Shown here: positions 23,081 through 36,000 of the stretch, piece after piece | Numbering within the stretch: position 1 is the first letter of the stretch | Layout of the letters: each line of letters begins with the position of its first letter | Source of the DNA: Chrysemys picta bellii | Lineage: Eukaryota | DNA length: 64,000 nt | Assembly: GCF_011386835.1 (NCBI RefSeq) | Contig: NC_088791.1 | Coordinates: 191,084,001 to 191,148,000 of the forward strand | Reading direction: 5' to 3' | Translations under genes and position numbers: made by a program | Notes under the pieces: model-generated | The model's database searches: none | What the model was told of the DNA's origin: nothing | What the model saw: only the letters and a program-made list of their open reading frames with translations

Positions 23081-25492
23081 AAAAGTGACTTACAACAGCT
23101 GGGACTGATAGCAGGGTTTCAGCCAATCAGCAGGACAAGGTATGTGCCTCATATCCAAATCAGCCATATTTCATGAGAAATGTAGTTAGTCTGCTGAAAG
23201 CCTGACTCAAACCCTGCTATCTTCTCTCCATATAGCAGCATCATATTTTTGCTCCTTTCGGTGACTAGACACTAGAAACTTGTCTTTCCTGGGAATTGTT
23301 ACTATTCAGGGCATGGCTTCCACTACAAAGGGATCACTTGGTGTAATATCGTGAATATATATGAAAAAGCATGTTTTTAAACCTAAAAAGTCTTAATAGC
23401 AAATTGTGGGCAGGAAGATCCCGCACATTTTCCAGAAGATATTTCAATTCTATATGCAATAACATTTTTAAGTCTTGTACCAAATAGAAGACTCCTTCAG
23501 AGATGGAACATTTTAACAAAAACAAAAATAGAGTTTGAAGAATAAAGAAAAACCATGAATAAATCAGGTAAGCAAGTAAAAGAAAAAAGGGAAGAAAGGT
23601 TAAGGGACTGGCCACAGTGAAGGATAGTAATCTAAGAGGAAAACATTTTTTTCTTCTTTAAAAATAATATAATGTATTAGACAGTTATCTCTTATTCCTA
23701 AATGAGTCAAACCCAATAAGCATGTTCCCATGTCAGTGCATGGAACCTCATAGCAGAACAATACAGACTTGAAGAGCAAGGTTATCACAAGAGCCACAGA
23801 AATTAAAATACACGCTTTAAAGATTTATTTTGCAAAAATCACTCCATTAGTGCTTGACACAGAGGCTGAAACGAGGACAGAGAATATACTTAATGCTAGA
23901 TGACGCTGATCTGAGAGAAGGGATACTCAGTAGCCAGACACAATGACAAAAGAGAAAGGCAGTCTCCAGTTAAGTTGATGCACCCATTCCCAATGCCACC
24001 ACCCCACTGACTACACCACACCAATGAGATAATTGTTGCAGATTATTTTATGATTCACATTTGAGCTAATAAAAACCTCAGTCCAGATTTTTGGTCCCTC
24101 TAAGACCCCTTTGCAGCACTCCTGGGGCACAGAGGATGCATGAATCTGGCTTCTGATGAGTCCCATGATGTAAGGGGAAATCCCTAAGTGTCATCCAGCA
24201 GGCCAGTGCCAGAAGTGGAAATAGAACCCAGATCTCCTAAATCCCAGTCCAGTGCTTTCTCAGCAAAATGACTCTAGAGGAGGGTGACATGGCAGAAGCA
24301 ACAGATGATAAAAATGACTTTGGCAGGGGTGGGGGGAAAGGATTAGCTTTTTAGAAGGAACTCAGATCATTATGTCATAACAGTTAAACCTTGTCTCAAA
24401 ATTCTTCTTCATGTACAAGCAGTCACCTGAAGCCATATTCTGCATCCTAATTTAGGGAAAACACTCACTGAAAAACCTGTACTAAAAATCAATGGGAGTT
24501 TTGGTGGCCTCATCCCAACAGGTACTCAAACCTGCAACCCTAATTATATTCAGTGAGTTGAGAGTGCTCTCAGGATCCAGTCCTAAATAAAGATTGCAGA
24601 ATAAGGACTAGAGAGAATAAAGGAAAGAAAAGAAGCATTTTCCTTCCTGTCAACATATATACTTACATACTGAAAGTAAATATACTTTAAAAAAAGATTA
24701 TAACAAATATTAGCAAATTTAACCACTAATTTCAAGGTTCCCTAGCTGAATTTAAAGAATTTATGAGGACAATACCAATTTTGGTAGTACTCCAAATTTG
24801 CAAACTGAGGGGAAAGAATAAAAGAAGGTTAAAGATCAAACCACGATAGGTCAAAAGTTTAATATTCGCTTTTTAAAAAAACAAATATTTTCCTACTTGT
24901 TTAAAGCCAAAAAAATAAAACAGTGTAGCATTTATATAATATGAATAACAAGCCTGTATGTATGCATAATGAAAAAACAAAAATTTAAATTTCTAGTTTC
25001 TGAGCTGCAATTCTGACCAAGAGTAAGAACAGCTATTTTTAAATTCATATAAATAAAAAAAAAATCCTATTGCCCTTATAAATAATAAAACAAGCAGTAG
25101 AAGAAGCAATTTGCAGTTACAATAATTACAGTGCTAACACCACAGTGTTTAAATTAAACGCACCCACCCGAGTTTGTTATAGCTATATAAGAACAAACGT
25201 TGCTCATCTTACTCATGCAAGTAATTCAGTTGAAAGGGAGGGCTCACATAAAAACACAAACATTGCTGTTCCTACAACAGTGCAGAGGAAAAGCCATTTT
25301 ACGGAAGATCAAACACCACAGACCAAGCACATGGCCGAGATCACAGAATAAATCTCCTCTTACAAATTTGTCTCTTAAAACATTGTTTCTTTCAAATGCC
25401 TCACTACAGAACCTACACGTGCAACTCGGTAACATCCATGCAAGATGTGCGTTAGATAGAACACATTTCTAAAAAATTAACGAAACACTTAC

Positions 25493-25660
25493 TGAAACAA
25501 GAGAGCAGAGCACGTCCGCCCGTCAGACTACTCGACCTTTTGCGGCAATTTCTGCAAACGACAGACAAGTTCCCAGAATTCTCTAGCAGCATGCGCGTGC
25601 TTGATTAACCCTTTAGGCGGAGGAAAGGAAAAAGCAATGAATGGGAGGGATTGTAAACGG
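25493..25660 (-). promoter_or_regulatory. Candidate GART alternative promoter / non-coding first exon
   Basis: 11 CpGs in 25481-25660 within CpG-poor DNA, an NRF1-like GCATGCGCG, a ZNF143-like TTCCCAGAAT, and a consensus donor A|GTAAGT on minus at 25492. Confidence 0.5.
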
Positions 25661-27391
25661 AGAAAGAGAACTTTTTATACTAATAAATCAAGGAAATAAG
25701 AAATAGAAAGCTGATAGTGAATGCCACTAACAGTTCACAGTCTATCTATGCATGAAGCTAGGGATTTTACAGTCATTTATTTACAGCAGATGACTCTTTT
25801 GACGCGTACAGGCCTTGGAGTTGCAAGGAGCTCTGGACAGGAGGATCGATGTGTCCCTAGTGTGCCCCATTGACTTCAATGGGGCTTTTCATAAATATAG
25901 TGATCTGCCTATGTAGATCTGATTGCATTATCCGGGTGGCAGTCTAATAGACTGTGAAATAATTTCCCAAGGGAAGTAGTTGAGCCCCATCCTGGCTACA
26001 TTTAAAACTAGATAGGACAAACACCAGAAAATGCATGACAGTGAATAATTTTCCATTGTAAGGTTATGGACTACAGCTAATAGATCTTTTTCATCTCTAG
26101 ATTATTTGATTCTCTGATATAATGGAGGAAATATAACACCACTCTATAGTGAAACATTGATAGTTAATGGGTTAATTGGATGATACCCTACTAAAACTAG
26201 TACTGTTTACTATTTTACTAGGGCAAATGCTCTTGGGAATATTATGGTATTAAATAACAACAAATAATCAATTCCTTATACTTATTGTATATATAGGCTT
26301 TAATTATGAAGAATTGTGGGGATACTCTAGCATGTTAAATTTAGCATTCAAATGGTACAAAGGCATAGGTGCTGGAACTAGGAGTACTGCTGCACCCGCT
26401 GTCTTGAAGTAGTATTAACCAATCCAAATACATGGTTTCCACCTTCAGCACCTCCATTATAAAAATTGTTCCAGCAACACTGCGCAAAGGTGTTATTCAT
26501 TTTGCTGCAGTTTCTTTGCTTTCCAAGAGTCGTAATATAGTTGTGAAGGACTCACTCTTTGCTGAATTTTGCTCATATCTTGATAGGAGTAAGTAATTCC
26601 TCTGAATGCAAATAGGAGTGTGTATGCATGAAAAATTATATGCTCTAAAAAGGCACAGTATCATGTTGCATCAGATCTTTTTAAATTATGAGTATCAAAA
26701 TAAAATATCCGTTTATTAAATACTTTTACATATATGTGTAACTCAAAGAATCATTGGTTTAAAAAAAATCCCATACTCAAGCTCTGGAGTAGCTTTCGTC
26801 TTATAAGTGGTACGATTGACTTCAATGGAACTACTATGAGGAGAAAATTTACTTCAGAGCATAAACAATTGCAGTATTGGGCCCTAAACTGGTCAACAGT
26901 AATTGATATATATATAATCACTATGGCCTTGTATGAACTAAAAAAAATATGTTTTTTTAATTTGAGTTTGCTTAATGGAACTAGTTCAATTCAGTTGAAA
27001 ATCTATTTACTACCAATCTAGATTAAGTTGTTACACTGTCTACACTAGTGTTAAACTGTTTTCAATCGAGCTAAGCTACTTTGATTGCGCTAACTCAATT
27101 GAAACAAAACATCTTTTTTCAGTCGAGACAATGTCTATGTAAGCAAGATTTGAAAAAATGATTCAGTCTGACAATTTTTCACACCAATGAGATTTCTTGG
27201 TAATCCTCTCATTCTTGTCTAAAGTATGTGTGATATTGTCAGAGTAGTATCAAATGCTTTAATTCTTATTTATCAAAGGTGCCTCTGGCAGAGTTATAAG
27301 TGCTGTATAATTATTAAAAACTGAATAGATCTATTATGGTATAATGAAAATCTTTTGATGACAATGTGGTTATATCCAATAAGCTAAAAGA

Positions 27392-27845
27392 TCCAGTAAC
27401 ATCTAGCCCAGTATCCTGTTTTCCTACAGTGGCCAATGCCAGATGTTTCAAATGGAATGAATAGAACATGGCAATTGTCCATCTATATATCCCATTGTCC
27501 AGTCTAAGCGTCTAAGCATCTGGCAGTCAAAGGCTTAGGGACACCAGGAGCATGGGGGTGCAGCCGTGACCATCTTGGCTTATAGCCTTGATGGACCTTT
27601 CCTCCAGGAACTTTAATTATTTTTTGAATCCAGTTATAGTTTTGGCCATGACAACATCCCCCGACAGTGAGTTCCACAGGTTGACTGTGCATTGTGTGAA
27701 GTACTTCCTTTTATTTTAAACCTGCTGCCTATTAATTGTATTTGTTGACCTTCGATTCTTGTGTTATGCAAAGGGATAAATAACACTTCCCTATTTACTT
27801 TCTCCACAGCATTAATGATTTTATAGACCTCTATCATATTCCCCC
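27392..27845 (-). mobile_element. CR1-type LINE 3' fragment
   Basis: Minus-strand remnant IEVYKIINAVEKVNREVLF..HNTR..G..L.GSRFK is a CR1 ORF2 C-terminus. Confidence 0.7.
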
Positions 27846-28573
27846 AATAATAATAGACTATAAATAAGATCTCCACAGCAATTGATTTGCTGTCAAATTA
27901 GTGTAGGTTGGCTTTCCAGAAACTAACACATGCAGCTTGTCTTGAGGACATATACTATGTATAGAATTTACTTTGGGTAAATTAATATTTGAAAATTTAA
28001 CTTTGTCACTCAAGAATACAGAATCATCACATAACTGTATGCCATCACCCAATTTGCTATTTTCTCTCACAGACCAAATAAGGAAAGGGGTAAGGCTGCA
28101 TCAGTGGAACACCAAAATATGTGTGTGAGAAAGTGCTTTGGGGATAATATCCCCAAATATCTGCCACAAGGGCAACTGGATTTAGTGCAGCTGATCCGTT
28201 TGTAGTGATGATCTAGTAAAACATTTCCCAAACCAGAGACTGTCTGGCTAGCGCAGCTAAGGCAGAGGCTGACTTTCAGGTTGGGGTTTATTTATTTATC
28301 TGAATTTAGTTTCTGGATTCCGGTCTCCCCGACAAACCTACAGACGCAGGTCAGATCCAGACTTCCTAAGAGCTGGTTTTCCCTCACATGGTCTCTCTGT
28401 AAACACGCTCTGCCCTGTGCGTGACTTTACACAGCTGCTCTCTGTGTGTGCAGCCATCAGCGCACGGAGCCGCGCCGCACCCCCGGCTGCAGCGGTCACC
28501 CGCCGTCTTTCTCTCGCGCACGGGAGGCGCAGGGGAAGTGCGGGGCCTGGTGCGGCGGCGCTGCCTGAGCCCC

Positions 28574-28674
28574 ATGGCGGAGCTCCCACGGGCTGCGGCG
28601 GGCTCGGGCCCGGCCGGAGGCGGCAGGCTCGGGCTCCAGGCGATCACGGCCCCGGATCCCCGGCCTGCGCGGAG
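28574..28674 (+). CDS. Candidate alternative upstream coding first exon of SON (MAELPRAAAGSGPAGGGRLGLQAITAPDPRPARR)
   Basis: CCCATGG start context and consensus donor AG|GTGAGT. Phase 2, so in frame with SON exon 2. No homology support. Confidence 0.3.
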
Positions 28675-29193
28675 GTGAGTGGTGCCGGGCGTGCGGGTCT
28701 CCCGCGGGCGGGCAACCGAGCCCCCGCCGCGCGCCTACAGGCGGACGCGATCCCGGGGCAGCCCCCGCCCGGGCCGAGCCCCATGTACTGCCCCGGTGGG
28801 GGAGGGGAGAGGGATCTACGTTTCATCCCGTGGGTGGAGGGGCAGCGCGGCCCCGCGCCCACCGGCGCCCTGTGTGGATGGGGGGGGGGCGGGAACTCGG
28901 TGCAGTAACATGGCTGCCGGGGCCCATCCTCCTCCCCGGGCACCTGCGGGGGGAGGGGAACGTCCACGGGCCTTCCCCCCCCCCAAGAGAGGCTGCGCTC
29001 TATGGTTCCCTGTGGGGGTAGAGCGGTTGATTGACGTCCCGTCATGCCGCTGGTTCCACAGAGGGCGACCAATGGCGGGAGGGCATAAAGGGAACGCGTC
29101 GGGGGCTGGCCCGTTGCTTCTTGCGCTGGTGCATTGTGGGGTAGTGGAGGACCCGCGTTGCGGATGGAGGGGGAGTCGAGCCGTGGGGCTGTC

Positions 29194-29288
29194 ATGGCGA
29201 CTAACATCGAGCAGATCTTTCGGTCCTTTGTGGTCAGCAAGTTCCGGGAGATCCAGGAGGAGCAGGAACAACAGCAGCAGCTGGGCGG
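29194..29288 (+). CDS. SON: SON exon 1 (MATNIEQIFRSFVVSKFREIQEEQEQQQQLG)
   Basis: Diagnostic SON N-terminus MATNIEQIFRSFVVSKFREIQ; donor GG|gtaacg; phase 2. Confidence 0.97.
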
Positions 29289-29990
29289 GTAACGAGCCGG
29301 CTCGGGGCCGCGGGGAGGCGGAGTGGGACGGGAGCCTAGTGGGAGCGGAGTCGGGGTGGGGGCGGGGAGCGGTGTCCAGGGGGCAGTTGCGGGACGGGGA
29401 CAGTGGGAGGGAGGGTGGGCGCGGGGAGGGATAACTCGGGACAGTTAGGTGGGGGAGGGGCGGCCGTTGCGGGTCACTCGAACATACAGGGCCTGGCCCA
29501 GCGCTCAGCGGCGACATCCGGTTATGGTGCAACCAGGCCGCTGCCCCTCCGGGCGGTCAGTTCTTCAGTGAAAATAACAAGTTTGGATGGGCTAATTTCG
29601 CAATGCTTTGATGCTCCTCAGAACACGTGCACGCTGGTGTGTTTTCAGTCTGAAAAAGAGTGCTTGGTGGGGTGGGTTTTACTCTTTTTTTGGCGAGGGG
29701 AGGGAAGAGGGAAACGAAATTTCTGTGTTGCGAAAAGGCCTGGGATGAAACAGTGAGAAAATATTTTCTTCCCTTTGGCATAGTTCTAGTGACTAACAAA
29801 GTATTTTGTCTAAGAACGCAGTAAGTAAAACAAACTGAAAGATTAATATTTCACTAAAGTGCAAGGCCTCTTCAGGAGGCTAAAGTATTCTTTAGAAGGT
29901 TTGGCTATAAGAAATGTGAATACATTACCTTTAAAAAATAAAAATAAAGCTCGAAATTACTTGAATTTTGTTAATATTTTTCTCGGTTAG

Positions 29991-30157
29991 TGGAAAGGTA
30001 GAAGGCCAGCAGAATGGTGAAACAGTCCCAGCTGAGCAAGCAAACACTTCAGATGACACAGTTACGGGTGCTGGGAGTCTTCAGAATGATCAGATAGTTC
30101 AGAAAATAGAGGAAGTACTGTCTGGGGCCCTTGATACAGAGCTACAGTGTAAATCAG
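29991..30157 (+). CDS. SON: SON exon 2 (GKVEGQQNGE...QIVQKIEEVLSGALDTELQCKS)
   Basis: IVQKIEEVLSG.LDTEL motif; tag| and G|gtaaat; 167 nt. Confidence 0.96.
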
Positions 30158-32598
30158 GTAAATGAAAATGCTTAAACATTGCAAATATGTTTTTCTTCAA
30201 GGGGACACCATCAAGAGTAAATCTAGTCAGTATTTTGAAAATGAAATAAAAGTTTCTAGTGCTACTCTTGCCGTGCACTTCCCTGATACTTTTTATGGTT
30301 TTATAATATTTTACATATATGTAAAAATGTAATATATATTTTACATATATAGTAATCCTCTGAAACTGATTATCCATATAGTGCTGTCAAGTGCACAAAT
30401 TAAGAGAAAAGTAATCTTCTGCCCCTTATTTCTTTGTTATATTAATATTAAATTTTATTTGTGACAGTAACAGAATAAAAAAATCAGAGAATATAATTTT
30501 TTTCTTAATTGACAAATGCCTCTTTAAAGATTACTTATGAAATAAGGCATGTAACAATTCATAAGTATCTTCTTCAAGGCATTGTTGTGCAGTTCTAACT
30601 CTGGCAAAACTTTCTGAAATCAATGGAAGTTTTGCCTGAGTAAGGTCTATAGGATTACTCCTCACATCATTTATCAAACTACAAAATTGTATGACCAAGC
30701 ATATTAATCAGATAGCAAGGTATGAAATAAAGTAATTTAATGGTGGTGGTATTAGTGAATAATGTACTTATAATTGGAAAAAAACAGGCATTCAGCTTTC
30801 TGTTGCTTCAAATGTAATACACTAAATAAAATGCCTGTATAGACCCTCTGATAACAATGAATCCAGCAAAAACGAGTCCTGCAAGCATTGCCTACATTTG
30901 AGTAGTTCCAGTGATTTCAATGGGATATTCACATGAGTAAAGTTACTTGTATATGTAAGAATTGGCAGTATTGGGGTCCTACTTGATTACAAAAAATGCA
31001 TTTTCATTGTTATGTCATGGAAATGAGAGGACTGCTGTGCACTTGGTAAGTATAGACTCTGTTTCCACAGAAGACAATGTAGAACTTTGTCGTTGATCTT
31101 TGATCTGAATAATCGCAAAGGCTACATTTGCAATTTTTTCTGATAATGTTTCTTCTTTCCATAATGTACTATGGCTTTTCTACACTGAGCATTTTCAGAA
31201 ATCTTCCTTGCAGTTGGTGTAGAACTGGTGTTGGTTGAATAGTACAAGGAACAGTGGGAGCACTAGTGCAAACTGGCCATTCGTGTTTTTAAAACTTGTC
31301 TAATTCTTCTCAAAAGAAGACTAGATAATTTGGTAGTAAAAAGACTTGCAACCATTATGCGCTAATGCGCCGCCAACCAGCAATGGTAAAGGTGAAGCTA
31401 CAGCAGTGATTTGGGATTTATTGAAAAAGTTGTGCAGGAAAGGACGCTGACCCTATATTATTGATACTCTTCATGGCAGTTGAAGGAACATGGATAGAAA
31501 TGCCTTTTTTTTTTTTTTATATTAACACTAATATAGGCCTTAGTCATACAAACACTCATGTGTGTAAAGTTACGTGCATGTTTTCATGATCAGGGCCATA
31601 TGCGTTTTATAGTATGCCCATCATCATAGAATCTGAATGTTTACTTTTGATATCAACTCTTTTATTCCAAGATCACTTTCTCCTTTTAAGTATTGTTTTG
31701 AGGATAGAAGTAAATCGTAGTCCTCCGTTACAGCTTAAGGTTGCTGGGTTGCTGCAACGTACAAAAATTTTTTTTCAGTGCAATTATTTTTTTAAAGGAA
31801 CCTGGCAGACTAGAATTATATACTGTATAAAAAATGTTTTTACTAATTACACTTTAGTGCCCAATTCTGCAAGTATTTACCTGCTTCACATGCCCTTGGT
31901 TTCAGTGGCACTACTCATAGTTAAGCATGTGTGTAAATCTTTGCAGGATTGAGGCGTACTTAAGGGGGCTTTACGATGTTTGTATACCTCCCTGCTTAAG
32001 CGCTTTGTGTATTTCTCAAGTTCTCTCAGATTGGGTAATGAAAGCTAGTGAATTTGAATTGTTTTATTTTTAGCTTCTGATCATTTTTTTGCTAGTCTTC
32101 ATGTACGAGCAAATGCTGCAATGTGTGGTTGCAAACTTTTTTTTTTTAAAGAAAAAGTGTTTCTATTGGAATTAATAAATAACCTTGAGAAATTTTCTTA
32201 AATATTTGTTAAGGCTTTTTAAACATACACATTCAATTTTAGGAAAATGTTGACCTATCACTTAAAAAAAAAAAAAATCTTAAGACATGTATTTTAACAA
32301 CTAAAGTAAAAGTTTTGTTGAAGTCTTTTTCTTGGATAATGCAAATGGCACATTTTCTTCACAGTTGTGTAATTTTGTAATATGTGCTATTTTTTTCAGG
32401 CATAGTCTTTGCTGTCTTCCAATCATTATAAATGTTTTAGCTACTGATCAAAGGTCAGCTGCTATCACATCAACTTAACAGTCTTATTTGTTGTTTTAAG
32501 TATAGAAATCCTACCAAAAAATTGGCAAGAGGCAGTTTGAAGATTGGTTTAATTTTTTTGAAAGCTAAATTTTTGGTTTTAACCCAGACATTTTAAGC

Positions 32599-32831
32599 CA
32601 GTGGGTCCCCAACCTTTTTCATCTGGCGGGCGCCACATGACGAGCCACGGAGGACTGTGGTGGCGGACGAGCATCCGCCGAAATGCCGCCGACAAATGGC
32701 GTCATCCAGAGGCGTCATCACTGAAATTTGGCGGCATTTCAGTGGATGCTCGTCCACCGGCCAGTACCGGGCGCACTTAGACGCCCCGGCTGGTGCCATG
32801 GCACCCACAGGCACCACGTTGGGGATCCCTG
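32599..32831. mobile_element. hAT MITE in SON intron 2
   Basis: TIRs CAGTGGGTCCCCAAC / GTTGGGGATCCCTG; perfect 8-bp TSD TTTTAAGC; CpG-rich interior suggests a young copy. Confidence 0.92.
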
Positions 32832-33004
32832 TTTTAAGCTCTTACTGAGGGAAAATGTAACTCGTGATGTTATCGTAAAAAATGTTGATTTCAGGTTGTG
32901 TATAACTTTATGTGCACCTGTGCCCAAATACTGGTTTAAAATATTTTATATTTGAATTTCTTTTTATAAAATTAGTTTTAAATAAATGTCCTTTTTTTTT
33001 TAAG

Positions 33005-36000
33005 GTGTGGAGGAAGATTCAGTGAAAAATAGCTCTTCATCTACAAAAAGAGGCCCTACTGACGAAGTAGAAGATGAAATTCCAAGAAAAAAATCAAAAA
33101 AGAACAAGAAACACAAAAGCAAGAAGAAGAAGAAGAAAAAGAAGAAGAAAAGGAAGAAAGAAAAAAAACATAAAAAGCAGCCAAAGGAATCAAAATTAAG
33201 TGCACAGTATGGAGAGCATGCAGATTTACAACCTGCTTCTCACTCAAAGACAGAAAAATTGGGCTCAAAGTTGATCACACAGCATGGAGGGCATGCAGAT
33301 TCAGATCTTGCTGGTCAAATGCAGCCAGAAGAATTGGGCACAAAATTGAGTGCAGAGTACATGGGGCATTCAATTAAAAGACTCACACCTCATTTGCTAT
33401 CAGATTCTGAATCATCTGTGGAAAAACTTGGGAGTGAAAAAACAAACTTGGCCTTGACTGATATACACAGTTCAGAAACCAGCAAATTGGATACCCAGGA
33501 AGAAAATACTAGTACAATGAAAATTCAAGAGCAAGCTAAAGTAAAATTATTGGTGAATAAGACTCATGAAAGTATATATCATATAGCTATTAATATGAAT
33601 GCAAAGGGTGGACCTTTACCAGTTAAAGACACTGAAAATGGTACTGTGTCTACCAACAGAACTGGAGTTGCTGGTAAATCTGAAATTGAAAAGGATTTGG
33701 AAGCTATTCCAGCCTCTGAGATAACAGAAGAACTAAAAGATTCAGAAGCTACTCTGAAATCGATGGGCATGGTGGAGGTGAAAGAATTAGAAACAACCTT
33801 AGAATCTGAGGCCATGGCAAAGATTAAATTTTCAGAAGCAATTCTAAAATCTCTGACTATGGCGACTTCAGAGGGTTTGGATGCCCCTCTAGAATCTGTG
33901 GCCATAGCAGAGGTGAAAGCAACTCTAGAATCTGTGGCTGTGACAAATGATTTGGTAGAAACTCCAACATCTGTAGTTGTAATGGAGACGAAAGCTTTGG
34001 AAGGAACCGCAGAATCTGTTGTCATGACAGATATGAAAGGTTTGGAAGCCACTCTAGAAACTGTGGGTGTGTCAGAAGCAAAAAGTTTGGAAGGAGGGCT
34101 TGAATTTGTGACTGTGCCAGATGATTTGGTAGCAACTTCAAAATCTGTGGCCAAGGCAGAGGTGAATGGTTTGGAAGCAATACCAAAATCTGCATCTATG
34201 GGGGAGGTGAAAGGTTCAGAACCTGTTGTGAATGCAAAAGATTTGGAAGCAGCTCTAAAACCTGCAATGGAGAGGAAAGATTTGGAAATAACTCCAGAAT
34301 CTCTACACATGGAGGAGGTGAAAGGTGCAGAAGGAGCCCTAGAATCTGTGGCTATGGCAATAGATTTGGAAGGAACCCTCAAACCTGCTCCTCTGGCAGA
34401 GGCAAAAGATTCAGATGCACCATCACTGTCTCCGCAAATAGAAGATATGAAAGAGTCAAAAGGATTCCTAGAATCTGTGGCCATGGCAAAAGGTCCAGAA
34501 ACAATCCTAGACCCTGCAGGGGTGACAGAGGTGAAAGATTTGCAAGAAATTCCAGAATCGCTGCACATACAGGATATGGAAGCTTTGGAAGCATCCTTAG
34601 AACCTGTGGTCATGACAACAGGTCTGGAAGTGGCTCTAGAACATGTGGCTGTGGCGAAAGGTGCAACTCCACTTTCTATGCAAATGGAAAAAGTGAAAGA
34701 TTTGGAAGGAGCCCTAGTAGAATCTGTGGCAGTGGCAAAAGGTTCAGAAGCAGCCCTAGAACATGTTGTCTTGGCAGAGAATAAAGGTGTGGAACCAACT
34801 TCACTATCTCTGCAAATGGAAGATGTGAAAGATTCGGAAGGAGCTCTAGAATCTGTTGCCATGGAAGAAGGCTCAGAAGCAACCCAAGAACCAGTGACAG
34901 AGGCAAAAGACTTGGAAGCAATCTTAGAATCTGTCTCGGAGGTGAAAGGTTCAGAACCAGCACCTCTGTCTCTGCAGATGGAAGATGTGAAAGGTTCAGA
35001 AGGAGGTGTAAAATCTTTGGCCATGGCAAAAGGTTCAAAACCAACCCTAAAAGCTGTGGCTGTGGGGGAGGGAAGAGGTTCAGAAGCAACTCTGCTGTCT
35101 CTGGAAATGGAGAATGTGAAAGATTCAGAAGGAGCCCTAGAATCTGAGGCCGCGGCAAAAGATTTAGAGGCAACTCTAGAACCGGTGGCAGAGGTGAAAG
35201 ATTCGGAAGCAATGCTTCGGTCTCTGCAAATGGAAGATGTGAAAGAATTAGAAGGAACCCTAGAATCTGTCATGGCGGCAAAAAGTTCGGAAGAAACCCT
35301 AGGGCCTGTGGCCAGGGTGGAGGAGAAAAGTGCAGAAACACCTCCACTATCTCTGCAAATAGAAGATGTGACAGAATCAGAAGGAGTCCTAGAATCTATG
35401 TCTGTGGTGAAGTTGAAGGCTTTGGAAGCAGCCTTTGAGTCCGTAGTCATGGTAGAGGTGAAGGATTTAAATAAACTTGTACAAGCTGAGTCTGAGGTCA
35501 CAACTCAGTTTAAAGATTTGGAAGCAATTCCCAAATTTCTGTGCATGGAGGGAGATTTGGTAATAACTCCAGAATCTGAGACAACATCAGAAGTGAAAAA
35601 CATGGAAATAGTTGGACAATCTGAATCACTGGCAGAAGTGAAAGATTTGGAAACCACCCCAGAATCTGAAGCAGTGGCAGAGTCAAAGGATTCAGAAACA
35701 ACTACAGAAACTCAGGTGCTGATGGAAGTGAAAGATTTGAAAACAATTCCACAATCCCAAGTCATGACAGAAGTAAGTGACTTGAAAATATCTCCACATA
35801 CTGAGGTGGAGGTGATGAAAGATTTTGAAACAGCTACAAAGTCTGATGCCACTATAATAGAGATGGAAGATTCTGAATCAACTCTGGAATCTAGGGCAGT
35901 AGTGGAAGTGAAAGATCCGGAAGCCACACCGGAATCTGAGGCAATGACTGGCATAAAATATTCTAAAAAATGTCTAGAATCTGAGGCCAAGGCAGAGTTG

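Larger units (their letters stand above)
28320..29560. promoter_or_regulatory. CpG island; GART/SON bidirectional promoter
   Basis: Very GC/CpG-rich block between divergent genes. YY1-like AACATGGC at 28907-28914, CRE-like TGACGTC at 29032-29038, CCAAT at 29069-29073, multiple GC boxes. Confidence 0.9.

Noticed and set aside
28338-29799. Many overlapping 80-250-aa ORFs in the CpG island
   Set aside because: Expected from very high GC content; no recognisable domains. Only the exon-like segments are retained.
33007-33009. GTG 'start' of the 4,244-aa ORF
   Set aside because: It lies 2 nt inside a canonical acceptor and continues the frame from exon 2; it is an internal Val.
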